Shown: piece after piece, positions 48,462 through 58,181 of the stretch
Layout of the letters: each line of letters begins with the position of its first letter
Position numbering within the stretch: the stretch's first letter is position 1
Assembly (NCBI GenBank): GCA_949127775.1
Contig: CASBQF010000094.1
Span: 16,198-80,197 of the forward strand
From: Oscillatoriales cyanobacterium PMM_0080
GTDB lineage: Bacteria; Cyanobacteriota; Cyanobacteriia; Cyanobacteriales; Microcoleaceae
Direction of reading: 5' to 3'
DNA: 64,000 bases
Notes under the pieces: model-generated
Database searches by the model: none
The model's input: only the letters and a program-made list of their open reading frames with translations
Told to the model about the DNA's origin: nothing
Position numbers and translations under genes: made by a program

Positions 48462-51400
48462 CTACTGTTTGCCATTAAATTTTAGCAATTGTAGAATCCG
48501 TTGGAGCGGAATTTCTGCCCAATCCAAGCGGTAATTGAGTTCGTAAGCCAGCTCGGAAACCGCTTTTTCCAAAATGTAAGCATCCAACAAAACTTGTAGT
48601 TCCGGTATAGATTTGGGCAAGAAATTTGCATCGCCGGCTGTGTCCAAATAGCTATTCACAAAAGTTAGGCTAACCCAGCGATGCCAAACACTCGCCCACT
48701 GCTCCATCTCCTGGAGATTTTCAGGGCGAATCATGCCACTTTCTACTTCATTGCGGAGTGCCAAAGTAACAGCATAATTGAAAGATTGCAGCATTCCCGC
48801 AACATCTCGCAGGGGCGATCTCTTCATTCGCCGCTCGCTTAACGGTCGATTTCGTTCTCCTCCGAAATCAATTATTACGAAGTCTTTGCCTGTATAAAGA
48901 ACTTGTCCGAAATGAAAGTCTCCATGACAGCGAATTCTATCTGTGGTAATTCTCAAGTTCAAAATCGACTTGAAACGATCCATCAGCAACTCTTCGCGGT
49001 TAAGCAGATTTTGGGCAAGTTTTTGCGTTTCTGGCGGTAGTTTGGACAGCCGCTTTTTCAGTAGTAGCAAAGTTCTTCCTGCCAGATTTCTCATGTGTTG
49101 ATAGATGGAACGCTGGTAATATGAGGTGAAGTTTTCTGGAGCGAAAGCGGGGTTTTCTGTGTCTGAAGCTAAGGCGAGGTGAAGTTCGGCTGTCCGCTGA
49201 CCTAAAAGTTCGGCTGATGCTAAGTAAGAGCCGATGAGCTCGCGAGCTAATGCGGGAATTTCTAGGGACAAATCAGCTACTAACGAGTTTGATTGTCGCT
49301 GCATATGTCGAGTCAAAGCACTTGGCAAATAATTTTCTGGTGAGGTAGAGAAACTCTCGCCGGAATACTTGGCTTCTACTGCCATTACTTGCTCGAAATA
49401 GTTGCGTAGTGTGTCTAATGTATAAGACCAAGCGTCCCTGCTATCGGGGATTAATTTTTGCAGTATTCCAACTGTAATTACTTGTTTTCCTGCTGTCTGA
49501 TATTCCAATGCTCCGGCAATTGGAGCGTAGTGTTGGATTGAATTGCGATCGGTCAAAAAGCGTCCAATTTCTAATTCTGGGTTGATTCCTTCCTCGACTT
49601 TTCGCAATATTTTCAGGACGAATCGATCGCCGTAACCTGCGGATGTATTGCTTTGTTCTTTTTTGAACAGGTGGGGTTCGAGGTTGGATAAATCTTGTTG
49701 TGAGCTGAATGGACTGTCGGCAATTCCTAGCAGTTGACCTGTTGTACCTGTGTAACTGCGAGAATTGGCGATCGCCCCCAAGAGCGCGCTCAGCAAGCCT
49801 TTGTCCCCAGCAGCGTCAAATAGCACGCCGACTTCGTTGGTTTCTGGGAAGTGCAGCCGCGCGATCGCCCGATCGTCCACATCGCCTTTCATCTCCTCCC
49901 AACCTACAGGCAAAACGTAAGTTTCCGGCAAACCTTCAGTATAATTCAACTGCAAAAACAGAATGTAAACTATAGATTCTTCCCCGGTACTATCTTTACA
50001 TTCAACAGGTACTATCTCACTTATTTCTAATGATTGAGTTGTCCGATCTGTACCGATAAACCAGCGACTGCACCGCAAGTAATTCGGCAACAGTGAGAGC
50101 ATCATGTCGCTTAACTGACTTGTAGCAAAAGCGGTTTTCCAATTGCCTGTTACCGCCAAACTAGGCAAGTATGTTTGAAAACCATGCAGCGAAAACTCTT
50201 CTTGTTTAATAGTAAGAGTAAACCAGTAAAACGAGTGGGGACTCAAGCTCAAAAAGTAAGGCGATTCGCTAACAGGTGGAAACTCAGAGCGACCAAAAAT
50301 CTCTACCGGAACAGCACCTTTAAAGGGTGAAAGGTCTAATTCTGCTATCTGGACGAAGCGCGACAAATTAGCGACTACGAGGATGTGTTCATCTTGGTAA
50401 GTGCGGACAAAAGCTAAAACTTTGCGGTTTTCTGGGTACAGAAACTCGCAAGTGCCGCGCCCGAATGCTTGGAAGCGCTGACGAACCGCAATCAAGCGTT
50501 TCATCCACCACCAAAGAGAACTCGGATTCCCCCGCTGCGCCTCCACGTTAACAGATTCGTAGTGATATTCAGGGTCAACAATTGGCGGCGCGTACAGTCG
50601 CTGCGGGTTAGCGCGGCTGAAACCGGCATTGCGATCGCCACTCCACTGCATCGGAGTTCTCACCCCGTTGCGATCGCCCAAATAGATATTGTCTCCCATC
50701 CCAATCTCATCGCCGTAGTAAAGCACGGGCGTACCAGGAAGAGACAGCAGCAAAGCATTCATCAATTCAATCCGGCGGCGGTTATTTCCCATCAGCGGAG
50801 CCAAGCGGCGGCGGATACCCAAATTAATTCTCGCCTGCGTGTCTTGAGCATAAACCCGATACATATAATCTCGGTCTTCATCGCTCACCATTTCCAGCGT
50901 CAATTCATCATGATTCCGCAAAAATAATGCCCACTGACAATTATTAGGAATCTGCGGAGTTTGTTGGAGAATATCGCTAATTGGAAAGCTATCTTCCATA
51001 TGCAAAGCCATAAACAAACGTGGCATCAGCGGAAAATGAAAGTTCATGTGACATTCATCCCCACCCGAGTAATACTCAACCGCATCCTCCGGCCACTGAT
51101 TCGCCTCAGCTAGCAGCATCCGGTTCGGAAACTTTTCATCTACGTGCTTGCGCAAATGCTTGAGGAATACGTGAGTTTCTGGCAAGTTTTCGCAGTTAGT
51201 ACCTTCGCGCTCGTATAGATAAGGCACTGCATCCATCCGCAGTCCATCTACTCCGAGTTCCAACCAAAAATCTACCACATCTAAGATTGCTTGGCGAACG
51301 GCGGGATTGTCGTAATTTAAATCAGGTTGGTGGGAATAAAAACGATGCCAGTAATAAGCTTTGGCTACCGAATCCCAAGCCCAATTTGAAGTCTCAAAGT

Positions 51401-51854
51401 CTTGGAAAATGATGCGAGCATCTTGATATTTTTCGGGCGTGTCACTCCATACATAAAAATCTCTTTCATTACTGCCTTTCGGAGCGCGGCGTGCTTTCTG
51501 GAACCAATCATGTTGGTCGGAAGTGTGGTTGACAATCAATTCAATAATGACTCTAATTCCCCGCAGATGTGCTGCTTCTAAAAGATTTTTGAAGTCATCT
51601 AATGTGCCATAAATCGGGTTGACGGTAGTGTAGTGAGATGTGTCGTAGCCGTCGTCTCGAAGTGGCGAGGGAAAAAATGGAAGTACCCAAATTGCTGTTA
51701 CTCCCAAGTTTTGCAGATAATCCAGTTTGTCAGTCAGTCCCCGAAAGTCCCCGATACCGTCTGCGTTGCTATCGGCAAAAGCGCGAATTGGTACTTCGTA
51801 AATGATGGCGTCTTTGAACCACAAGGGATCGTTATTTAACATTGAGTTTGTCAT
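48462..51854 (-). CDS. treS: Trehalose synthase TreS fused to a maltokinase domain
   Basis: GH13 motifs [38 protein letters not shown]-like segment; C-terminal EQSNTS, RCHGDFH.GQVL, DFGGE, RDVAGM. Confidence 0.93.
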   Translation of the reverse strand: MTNSMLNNDPLWFKDAIIYEVPIRAFADSNADGIGDFRGLTDKLDYLQNLGVTAIWVLPFFPSPLRDDGYDTSHYTTVNPIYGTLDDFKNLLEAAHLRGIRVIIELIVNHTSDQHDWFQKARRAPKGSNERDFYVWSDTPEKYQDARIIFQDFETSNWAWDSVAKAYYWHRFYSHQPDLNYDNPAVRQAILDVVDFWLELGVDGLRMDAVPYLYEREGTNCENLPETHVFLKHLRKHVDEKFPNRMLLAEANQWPEDAVEYYSGGDECHMNFHFPLMPRLFMALHMEDSFPISDILQQTPQIPNNCQWALFLRNHDELTLEMVSDEDRDYMYRVYAQDTQARINLGIRRRLAPLMGNNRRRIELMNALLLSLPGTPVLYYGDEIGMGDNIYLGDRNGVRTPMQWSGDRNAGFSRANPQRLYAPPIVDPEYHYESVNVEAQRGNPSSLWWWMKRLIAVRQRFQAFGRGTCEFLYPENRKVLAFVRTYQDEHILVVANLSRFVQIAELDLSPFKGAVPVEIFGRSEFPPVSESPYFLSLSPHSFYWFTLTIKQEEFSLHGFQTYLPSLAVTGNWKTAFATSQLSDMMLSLLPNYLRCSRWFIGTDRTTQSLEISEIVPVECKDSTGEESIVYILFLQLNYTEGLPETYVLPVGWEEMKGDVDDRAIARLHFPETNEVGVLFDAAGDKGLLSALLGAIANSRSYTGTTGQLLGIADSPFSSQQDLSNLEPHLFKKEQSNTSAGYGDRFVLKILRKVEEGINPELEIGRFLTDRNSIQHYAPIAGALEYQTAGKQVITVGILQKLIPDSRDAWSYTLDTLRNYFEQVMAVEAKYSGESFSTSPENYLPSALTRHMQRQSNSLVADLSLEIPALARELIGSYLASAELLGQRTAELHLALASDTENPAFAPENFTSYYQRSIYQHMRNLAGRTLLLLKKRLSKLPPETQKLAQNLLNREELLMDRFKSILNLRITTDRIRCHGDFHFGQVLYTGKDFVIIDFGGERNRPLSERRMKRSPLRDVAGMLQSFNYAVTLALRNEVESGMIRPENLQEMEQWASVWHRWVSLTFVNSYLDTAGDANFLPKSIPELQVLLDAYILEKAVSELAYELNYRLDWAEIPLQRILQLLKFNGKQ

Positions 51855-52213
51855 GATTTTTTATGGATGATTGTTAATTGGGATTTGGCAATTGGGATTT
51901 GTTAGTTCAAATCCAAACTGATAAATCATAACTCATAATTTTACTGTTATTTGTCATGCTAGTGGCAGAGTTTTAATCGTAATTTATGATTGCAAAACTT
52001 ATAATTTCTTAACTGAAAAAATTAAACAATCTATTTTGTTATTTCGGATACAGCGTGAAATAGAGATAAGGTGAGCGATGCTGTATTGGTGCGCGGTGCA
52101 GACTCTACATACTGGTGCCCGATGCATACCCTACCATCATTAGGGGCGGTTTTTACTACCTGTCGGACGGTTCTCACGACAATAGACTAGGTTGACGCTC
52201 TTTGTAAACTTCT

Positions 52214-52231
52214 GTTACATTTGTTTACATA
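52214..52231 (+). promoter_or_regulatory. HLR1 (RpaB) direct-repeat site
   Basis: GTTACATT-TG-TTTACATA matches (G/T)TTACA(T/A)(T/A)-N2-(G/T)TTACA(T/A)(T/A), 30 nt upstream of the ATG at 52262. Confidence 0.7.
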
Positions 52232-52261
52232 ACGCAACAAAAGTTTAAGGAAACAGCAAAA

Positions 52262-52489
52262 ATGACTATTGTAATCGCTTTATTAATCGTCGGCTGGGCC
52301 GCAGCAGCTTTAATTGGTACTCAAGCATATTTTCTGGGCGAACAGTCAAAGCCCATTCACGATCGCAATTGGAGCAATGAATCTTTTGAACAACTGGCAA
52401 AATCGGTGACTGGAACAGAAATTGATTACACTGTTCGGGTTCCAGCGTACAGCATGGATGCTTACACTAGCCGCACGATGGGCAATTAG
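52262..52489 (+). CDS. Small single-TM protein, probably photosystem II assembly factor Psb35-like
   Basis: GW.A..IGTQAYF.GEQSKPIH.RNW motif recalled from this family; RBS-like aggaaa; upstream HLR1. Confidence 0.55.
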   Translation: MTIVIALLIVGWAAAALIGTQAYFLGEQSKPIHDRNWSNESFEQLAKSVTGTEIDYTVRVPAYSMDAYTSRTMGN

Positions 52490-52521
52490 TAATATTAATT
52501 AGCAGGCTTCACTATTTTTAA

Positions 52522-52588
52522 TAACAGGCTTTCTGGCCTGTTCCACAAGCAGATTGATTATCTGTGGAACAGGCCAGAAAGCCTGTTA
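52522..52588. repeat. REPIN-like doublet, ACAGGC(CAGAAA/ATCTT)GCCTGT family
   Basis: 25-bp perfect inverted arms; family also at 10757-10780, 34633-34658, 42992-43120 and 59817-60046. Confidence 0.8.
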
Positions 52589-52619
52589 CTATTTTTTCAA
52601 TAACAGGCAGGATGCCTGT

Positions 52620-52842
52620 TGCACTTTGAGAGGAATTTCTAATTCTTCAACTCGCTACGCTGCATAAGCAAGCGCTTCATATCTGCTTCTTCCAGGTAGG
52701 GATAAGCCTGCAAAATGCCTGACGGTGAGTGTCCCGATGCCATCAGTCCGACTATCGTGCCAACAGTGACTCGCAAGCCGCGAATGCAGGGTTTTCCACC
52801 CATTACTTCTGGATTCAGAGTGATTCTAGTTAGTTGTTTCAT
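52620..52842 (-). pseudogene. DUF433 antitoxin-like gene, frameshifted
   Basis: RITLNPEVMGGKPCIRGLRVTV...YPYLEEAD, then a frameshift; the shifted frame reads EALAYAA*RVEELEIPL with an internal TAG. Confidence 0.75.
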
Positions 52843-52864
52843 GATTTTAAACTACCAGGCTTTC

Positions 52865-53027
52865 TCTTACTTTTCACGGCATCTCTGAAAGCCTTCTCAT
52901 GCAAGGGTTTAACCTTAAGACCCGTGTCAATATTTTCTACTTAATGCTAATAAACCAACAGTGTAATCAGGCTTGTGGAATATGTCAGTAGTTTTTCTAG
53001 GATAAAGAGATACCGTGAAAAGTAAGA
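52865..53027. mobile_element. MITE (~163 bp) with 21-bp TIRs
   Basis: tcttacttttcacggcatctc ... gagataccgtgaaaagtaaga (1 mismatch); no coding capacity; no clear TSD. Confidence 0.7.
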
Positions 53028-53029
53028 TA

Positions 53030-53090
53030 ACTTTACCCGCCTGTTCAAACATTCAGTCGGACTTTCTCCCCATCGGTTGAACTCACCGGA
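53030..53090 (+). pseudogene. Possible remnant of an AraC-type HTH
   Basis: One frame reads FTRLFKHSVGLSPH, resembling the AraC F.RLFK...G.SP motif; no start or upstream body. Confidence 0.35.
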
Positions 53091-53211
53091 CGGGATAATC
53101 TTTGCAACTCAAAAGATGACCTACGCATCGCACAAAAGCAGTTTTTCGCGTCAATCAGATAGCTCAAATTCTCTTGAATAGTATCAACATCAAAAGCAAG
53201 TTTCTCTGCCA

Positions 53212-53616
53212 TCAAAGGAATTGTTGGGTGCCATTACGGACAGCAACAAACAGTAGAAAGCCCGCAGATGCAACAAATGCAGTAAAGGTCAGAGATATGC
53301 CTCGTACACGATACTGGAACTGCTCGTCCTCCTGACTTACCCCGTACGCATGAGAAAGCCTGCCTATCAGAAGACACAAACCCACTCCATGTACAGCGGC
53401 GGACGGTGCTCCTTGGATCTCAGCAAGATAAAGCAAAAGAAGACCAAATGGCACGTACTCGGCAAAATTTGAGTGTACCCGGATAGCGCGTAGCATTTTT
53501 TTGTCTCCGCCATCACCAATGGAAATTTTGAGGCTACGGCGCAATCGCAGTATTCTGACGCTAAGTCCCACGAAAAGTAGGGCGAGCAGCGCGGCGTAAA
53601 TCGAAGTAATGTTCAT
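53212..53616 (-). CDS. MAPEG family membrane protein
   Basis: RAIRVHSNFAEYVP, LLIGRLSHAYG; four TM segments. Confidence 0.88.
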   Translation of the reverse strand: MNITSIYAALLALLFVGLSVRILRLRRSLKISIGDGGDKKMLRAIRVHSNFAEYVPFGLLLLYLAEIQGAPSAAVHGVGLCLLIGRLSHAYGVSQEDEQFQYRVRGISLTFTAFVASAGFLLFVAVRNGTQQFL

Positions 53617-53745
53617 CTGTGAGTGGTGTATGTAAAGGTACGGGCTAGGAGGCGACGAGTAATCTTGAACTCATCAAACTGTAGACATTCAGGATGTTGA
53701 ATAGTGGGCTGTTAGCGCATCGTTATTTTCTCAGAACTGAAAACC

Positions 53746-54459
53746 CTATTGAACGATCGCAGCAACATCAGAACGATCGACTAAATACCCATCTTCCATG
53801 TAGATAATCCGATCGGCGAGATCCAGAATGCGGTTGTCATGGGTAACGAGCAAGATGGTACAACCCTGTTCCCTAGCGAGTTTTTCCATAATCTCTACCA
53901 CATCTCGTCCCGATTTTTTATCGAGTGCAGCCGTGGGTTCATCTGCCAGAATAATTTTGGGCTGACTGACTAGGGCACGCGCGATCGCGACTCGTTGTTT
54001 TTGTCCGCCAGATAAATCGCTGGGATAGTAATCCATGCGGTGTTCCAAGCCTACCGCTGCCAACATCTCCCGAATCCGCTCGTCCGCCTCTACTGCCGTC
54101 ACATCCTGGATTTCTAACGCCATTTCGACATTTTGATAAGCGGTGAGAAAGCCTAATAAATTATGTGCTTGAAAAATATAGCCGATATTACGCCGCGTTA
54201 GGAGCATCTGTTCCTTGCTGGCATCGAACAGTTCGGTGCCCAAAATGTTTAAACTACCCTCATGCAAAGATCGCAGACTCCCCATTAGCGTTAATAATGT
54301 GGTCTTACCGGAACCCGATGGCCCCGTCATAATAATAATTTCACCCCGATCGATCTGCAAATTGATATCGTATAAAACCTGTTTTCGCAGCGAACCTCGT
54401 CCGAAGTAATGATTGAGCTGCGCGATCGAGATGGCTGGTGCGGCTGAATTTAGCATCAT
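53746..54459 (-). CDS. devA: DevA-type ABC exporter ATP-binding subunit
   Basis: GPSGSGKT, IGYIFQAHNLL, LSGGQKQRVAIARAL, ADEPTAALD, VTHD. Confidence 0.85.
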   Translation of the reverse strand: MMLNSAAPAISIAQLNHYFGRGSLRKQVLYDINLQIDRGEIIIMTGPSGSGKTTLLTLMGSLRSLHEGSLNILGTELFDASKEQMLLTRRNIGYIFQAHNLLGFLTAYQNVEMALEIQDVTAVEADERIREMLAAVGLEHRMDYYPSDLSGGQKQRVAIARALVSQPKIILADEPTAALDKKSGRDVVEIMEKLAREQGCTILLVTHDNRILDLADRIIYMEDGYLVDRSDVAAIVQ

Positions 54460-54468
54460 GTGCGACTC

Positions 54469-55641
54469 CTAAAAAATATCGGCAGGATCGGCAGTTTGCA
54501 ACTTCCGCACGGCAATTGCCGCCGAAATAGAACTCATGATTGCCGTGAGGGTAAAGACAAATATCACTCGTCCCAGATCCATTGCCATCGGCAACATCGT
54601 CGCGATATTGGTAATTCGATAGATACCCAGCGCAATCAGCGTACCAGGGATAAAGCCTAGTGCTGCGAGTATTAGTGACTCTTGAAATACCACGACGAGC
54701 AGATAGCGATCGCGAAACCCCATCGCCTTGAGCGTGGCATATTCCGGTAAATGGTCGCTAACATCGCTGTAGAGAATCTGATAGACGATAACCGCACCGA
54801 CGATGAAGGCAATGACTACACCCAGATCGAAGGTATAGCCGACAGGCGTACTCGCACTCCAAAATGCAACTTCAGCTTTGGCGTAATCGTCCCGTGTCAT
54901 CACTTTGACATCACTAGGCAAACGCGCTCGCATCTCGGTTAATATCTTGTCAACATCTGCCCCCGGCTGAAGCTTAATTACGCCGATATCAATCAATCCT
55001 TTGCGACGAAAAGTTGCCATCCGCAAAAAGTTGACATCGCTGGTGACGAGATAAGCATTGATGCCGAAAGTCGGGCTGAGGTTGAAGAGTCCCCGCACGC
55101 GCACCTGACGTTCGTTAATTTCTGTGGCGATCGCTTTGCCTGACTCAAACTGTTGGGCGATCGCGCCAAATTCCTGCCGCGAACCGCTGTTAAACAGAGC
55201 AGTATCAGGTTCGCGGAGTTGTTGACGATTGGCTACTACACCTGGAAGATTCATCACATCATGCTCTGGATTGATGCCGATCCCATAGATATCCCAAATC
55301 TCTTTGTTATCGGGATTGCGCCATTGAATGGGATTGAGATAAATCGGGCTGACGGATGCGACACCCGCGACACCTGCGGCTTGGTATAAGCGTCGCTCGG
55401 TAAATCGATCGAGCGAAATCAGCGATCGCGATCTACCGCTCATCATGATGATTTCACCATTCAAGCTATTGTGAAATTCAACCGCACTACTAAATAAGGC
55501 TCCCCGAAACCCCATCTGCAAAAACATCAATACATCGGCGAAACTAATCCCCGCGATCGCGACTATCAGTCGCGCTCGTCCTTTTCGTAACTGTAACCAA
55601 GACAAAAATAACGGCTTCTTCTTTGCTAACTTATTCATCAC
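54469..55641 (-). CDS. devC: DevC-type ABC exporter permease
   Basis: LSWLQL, GISFADVLMFLQMGF, YQILYSDVSDHLPEYATLKAMG, ADPADIF. Confidence 0.88.
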   Translation of the reverse strand: MMNKLAKKKPLFLSWLQLRKGRARLIVAIAGISFADVLMFLQMGFRGALFSSAVEFHNSLNGEIIMMSGRSRSLISLDRFTERRLYQAAGVAGVASVSPIYLNPIQWRNPDNKEIWDIYGIGINPEHDVMNLPGVVANRQQLREPDTALFNSGSRQEFGAIAQQFESGKAIATEINERQVRVRGLFNLSPTFGINAYLVTSDVNFLRMATFRRKGLIDIGVIKLQPGADVDKILTEMRARLPSDVKVMTRDDYAKAEVAFWSASTPVGYTFDLGVVIAFIVGAVIVYQILYSDVSDHLPEYATLKAMGFRDRYLLVVVFQESLILAALGFIPGTLIALGIYRITNIATMLPMAMDLGRVIFVFTLTAIMSSISAAIAVRKLQTADPADIF

Positions 55642-55652
55642 GATCGCCTCAA

Positions 55653-57068
55653 TTAAATATCGATATCAACTTGCAGACTCAAATTCGTCAAGCCTGTCAC
55701 TTTGCGACTGGATGGCTCGTCTAGTAAAACTCGTACTTCCACCACCCGCGCATCGAACTGGGCGGCGGGGTCGGTGTTCAAGACATCTTGTTTGTTGATT
55801 CTCAGTCCGACTTCGACTACCTTGCCACGCAGCACGTCGGGAAAAGCGTTGTTCTTGCTGATTGCAGTTGCCGACTGTCCCTGCCGAATCCGACTGACAT
55901 CTGACTCATATACTTCGGCTACCGCGACCATTTGCTGAGTTTGCCCCAGGCTAATGATGCCGTCCGTGCCGACTAATTCTCCCGCACGAGTATGGATCTT
56001 CAGCACTTGCCCATCTTGCGGCGATCGGACTATTGCGGCATCTAGATCTGCCTGCCCTCGTGCGACACTGGCTTGAGCTTGAGCCACTTGCCCTTGCGCT
56101 GTGGCGACATCTACAGGTCGGACTTCGGCAATTGCGTTCAAGGTAGCTTTTGTACTTGAAAGTTGCTTCTGGTTGGAAGCAATAATTCCCGCTAAATTTT
56201 CCTGGGCTTCTTGGATTTGCTGCTGTTGCGATCGCTTAATCCGATCGAGATTGGCGCGGGCTTCTTGGACTTTCTGCTGTTGCGATCGCTTAATTCCATC
56301 GAGATTGGCACGGGCTTCTACCAACTGCTGCTGGGTGGTTTCTAGCGTCAGCAGCTTGCTATCACTAGATGATTTTCCTACAGCTCCACTGAGATACAAA
56401 TCTCGATAGCGGCGATTTTCTAATGCTGCATTCTTTACTTGCGCTTCAATGCGCGAGATCGTGGCATTCTGAGCAGCGATTTGCGTCTCGCGTTCGGCAA
56501 TGCTCCTTGCTACCACGGCATTTTGAGCGGCAATTTGCGTCTCGCGTTCAGCAACTAGGCGCGCTACTACCGCCCGTTGAGCGGCACTTTGCTTGGTTAG
56601 TTCTGCCTGGATTTGACCGACTTTCTCCCGTTGGGCTTGGATATCCCCTGTTTTGGCACCCGATCGGACTTGCTGCAATTGCAATCGTGCGACCTTGACT
56701 TTCTCTTGAGCCTCTGTCAGTGCAGCCTGACGACGCGCGTAGGTATCCAAGACGGCGATTGGATCGCCTCTACGCAGTTGTTGACCATGACTTATTTTGA
56801 GCAATTCGACTCTAGCACCCTCCTGAGATGTCGGTGCAAAGACCTGAATCACCTCTCCTTGTGGCTCCAGTCGCCCCAAGGCTGACACCTTGGTGACCAC
56901 GATCGATTTGGGGATAGCGGCTACTTGAGGAGTAGGACGACTGAGGAACGATCGATACGCAACGCCACCGCCCAGGATTAGTAAACCGACACCTGCGATC
57001 GCTAGTATTGCCCCTCGGCGCGGCGATCGCCATTTAGTCTCAAGTGTATCGAACATAGATAGCTCCAA
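55653..57068 (-). CDS. devB: DevB-type membrane fusion protein (HlyD family)
   Basis: VSALGRLEPQGEVI, long coiled coil, VRSPQDGQVL, VAEVYESD, ARVVEV.V. Confidence 0.85.
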   Translation of the reverse strand: MELSMFDTLETKWRSPRRGAILAIAGVGLLILGGGVAYRSFLSRPTPQVAAIPKSIVVTKVSALGRLEPQGEVIQVFAPTSQEGARVELLKISHGQQLRRGDPIAVLDTYARRQAALTEAQEKVKVARLQLQQVRSGAKTGDIQAQREKVGQIQAELTKQSAAQRAVVARLVAERETQIAAQNAVVARSIAERETQIAAQNATISRIEAQVKNAALENRRYRDLYLSGAVGKSSSDSKLLTLETTQQQLVEARANLDGIKRSQQQKVQEARANLDRIKRSQQQQIQEAQENLAGIIASNQKQLSSTKATLNAIAEVRPVDVATAQGQVAQAQASVARGQADLDAAIVRSPQDGQVLKIHTRAGELVGTDGIISLGQTQQMVAVAEVYESDVSRIRQGQSATAISKNNAFPDVLRGKVVEVGLRINKQDVLNTDPAAQFDARVVEVRVLLDEPSSRKVTGLTNLSLQVDIDI

Positions 57069-57270
57069 TTTGTGGATTAAATTTATCGATCGCCAAAAAC
57101 GCTCGATAGATGATACCTAGACTGGTCTAGAGCCACCGCCGCACCTTTTAACGATCGGTGGCGGAACTTTGTGTTCTAGTACTTGCATGATGTGATTTCT
57201 CTAATCAAGTGTCTTAACTGCACTGATTGACGAGAATATTGGGACGTGTCGCGCTTATACTAAAATTTAA

Positions 57271-57290
57271 GTATTCAAGAAATTGAGTAC
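57271..57290. promoter_or_regulatory. Candidate PadR operator in the divergent devB-padR intergenic region
   Basis: GTATTCAA-gaaa-TTGAGTAC imperfect palindrome (1 mismatch). Confidence 0.4.
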
Positions 57291-57346
57291 AATAAATAAG
57301 ATACAATCGAATTATCGAATCTGTCAAGCCCATTTTTAATTTTTTC

Positions 57347-57895
57347 ATGGCAATCAAGCACACCATTCTGGCGTTTTTGGCACGGCAACCTCTCAGCGGC
57401 TATGAAGTCGCCAAAGAGTGTGCAGAGGGATTTGGTAGTTGCTTCTGGAAAGCTAGTCAACAGCAGGTATACGCCGAACTGAGCAAGCTAGAACAGCAAG
57501 GTAATGTGACCTATGAGGCGATTCCACAGTCGGGACGGCTGGATAAGAAAATTTATTCGATTACCGATCTCGGACAGACAGAACTAACCAATTGGCTCAC
57601 CAAACCCACCGAACCCGCACCGATTCGCGAAGACTTAGGTGTAATGGGACTAGCGGGACATCTGGTGCCAGTCGAGGCAATGACGCGCGAAATTACCCGA
57701 CGGCGACAACTGCATCTCGATAAGTTACAGCAAATCCAAAAACTAGACGAACATTTTGTCGATCGGCTAGACTCGCTAGAGTTGAAGGATCTCTATATGC
57801 ATCTTGTGATTCGTCGCGGCATTCGCTACCAGGAAGAGTGGGTGGCTTGGTGTGACGAAGCACTGGCCGCGATCGCGCAGTCTCTAGAACACTAG
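57347..57895 (+). CDS. PadR family transcriptional regulator (long form with C-terminal helical domain)
   Basis: IL..LA..P.SGYE...FW.AS.QQVY.EL.KLE..G...KKIYSITD.G; tail RGIRYQEEW..WC. Confidence 0.9.
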   Translation: MAIKHTILAFLARQPLSGYEVAKECAEGFGSCFWKASQQQVYAELSKLEQQGNVTYEAIPQSGRLDKKIYSITDLGQTELTNWLTKPTEPAPIREDLGVMGLAGHLVPVEAMTREITRRRQLHLDKLQQIQKLDEHFVDRLDSLELKDLYMHLVIRRGIRYQEEWVAWCDEALAAIAQSLEH

Positions 57896-57934
57896 CGATC
57901 GAGGTTATCAACGAGGCGATTGCCAGTGATGTCA

Positions 57935-58181
57935 TAAATCGTTTTCATCGCGGTGGCTGAGGAACTACAATTTAGTCGAGCCGCGGAGCGGTTGCACATT
58001 TCCCAACCCCCGCTCAGTCAGCAGATTCGCGGTTTGGAAGATGAACTAGGAGTCAAGCTGTTTGAACGAACGAAGCGGCAAGTGCAGCTTACTGAAGCAG
58101 GCAAAGTGTTTTTAGAGCGATCTTATCTGGTGTTAGCGCAACTCGAACAGGCGATCGAAGTGACACAACGGATAGGGCGTG
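57935..58181 (+). pseudogene. LysR-type regulator fragment (HTH only), truncated at both ends
   Basis: [37 protein letters not shown]; an in-frame TAA lies just upstream with no MELRHLRY start; 3' end cut by the IS end at 58182. Confidence 0.8.

Noticed and set aside
52203-52218. NtcA box upstream of the small ORF
   Set aside because: Spacing is GTA-N9-TAC rather than N8; the HLR1 match explains the site better.
53746-57068. devBCA as evidence of heterocyst formation
   Set aside because: DevBCA paralogs are common in non-heterocystous cyanobacteria, and no hgl, het or nif genes are present.
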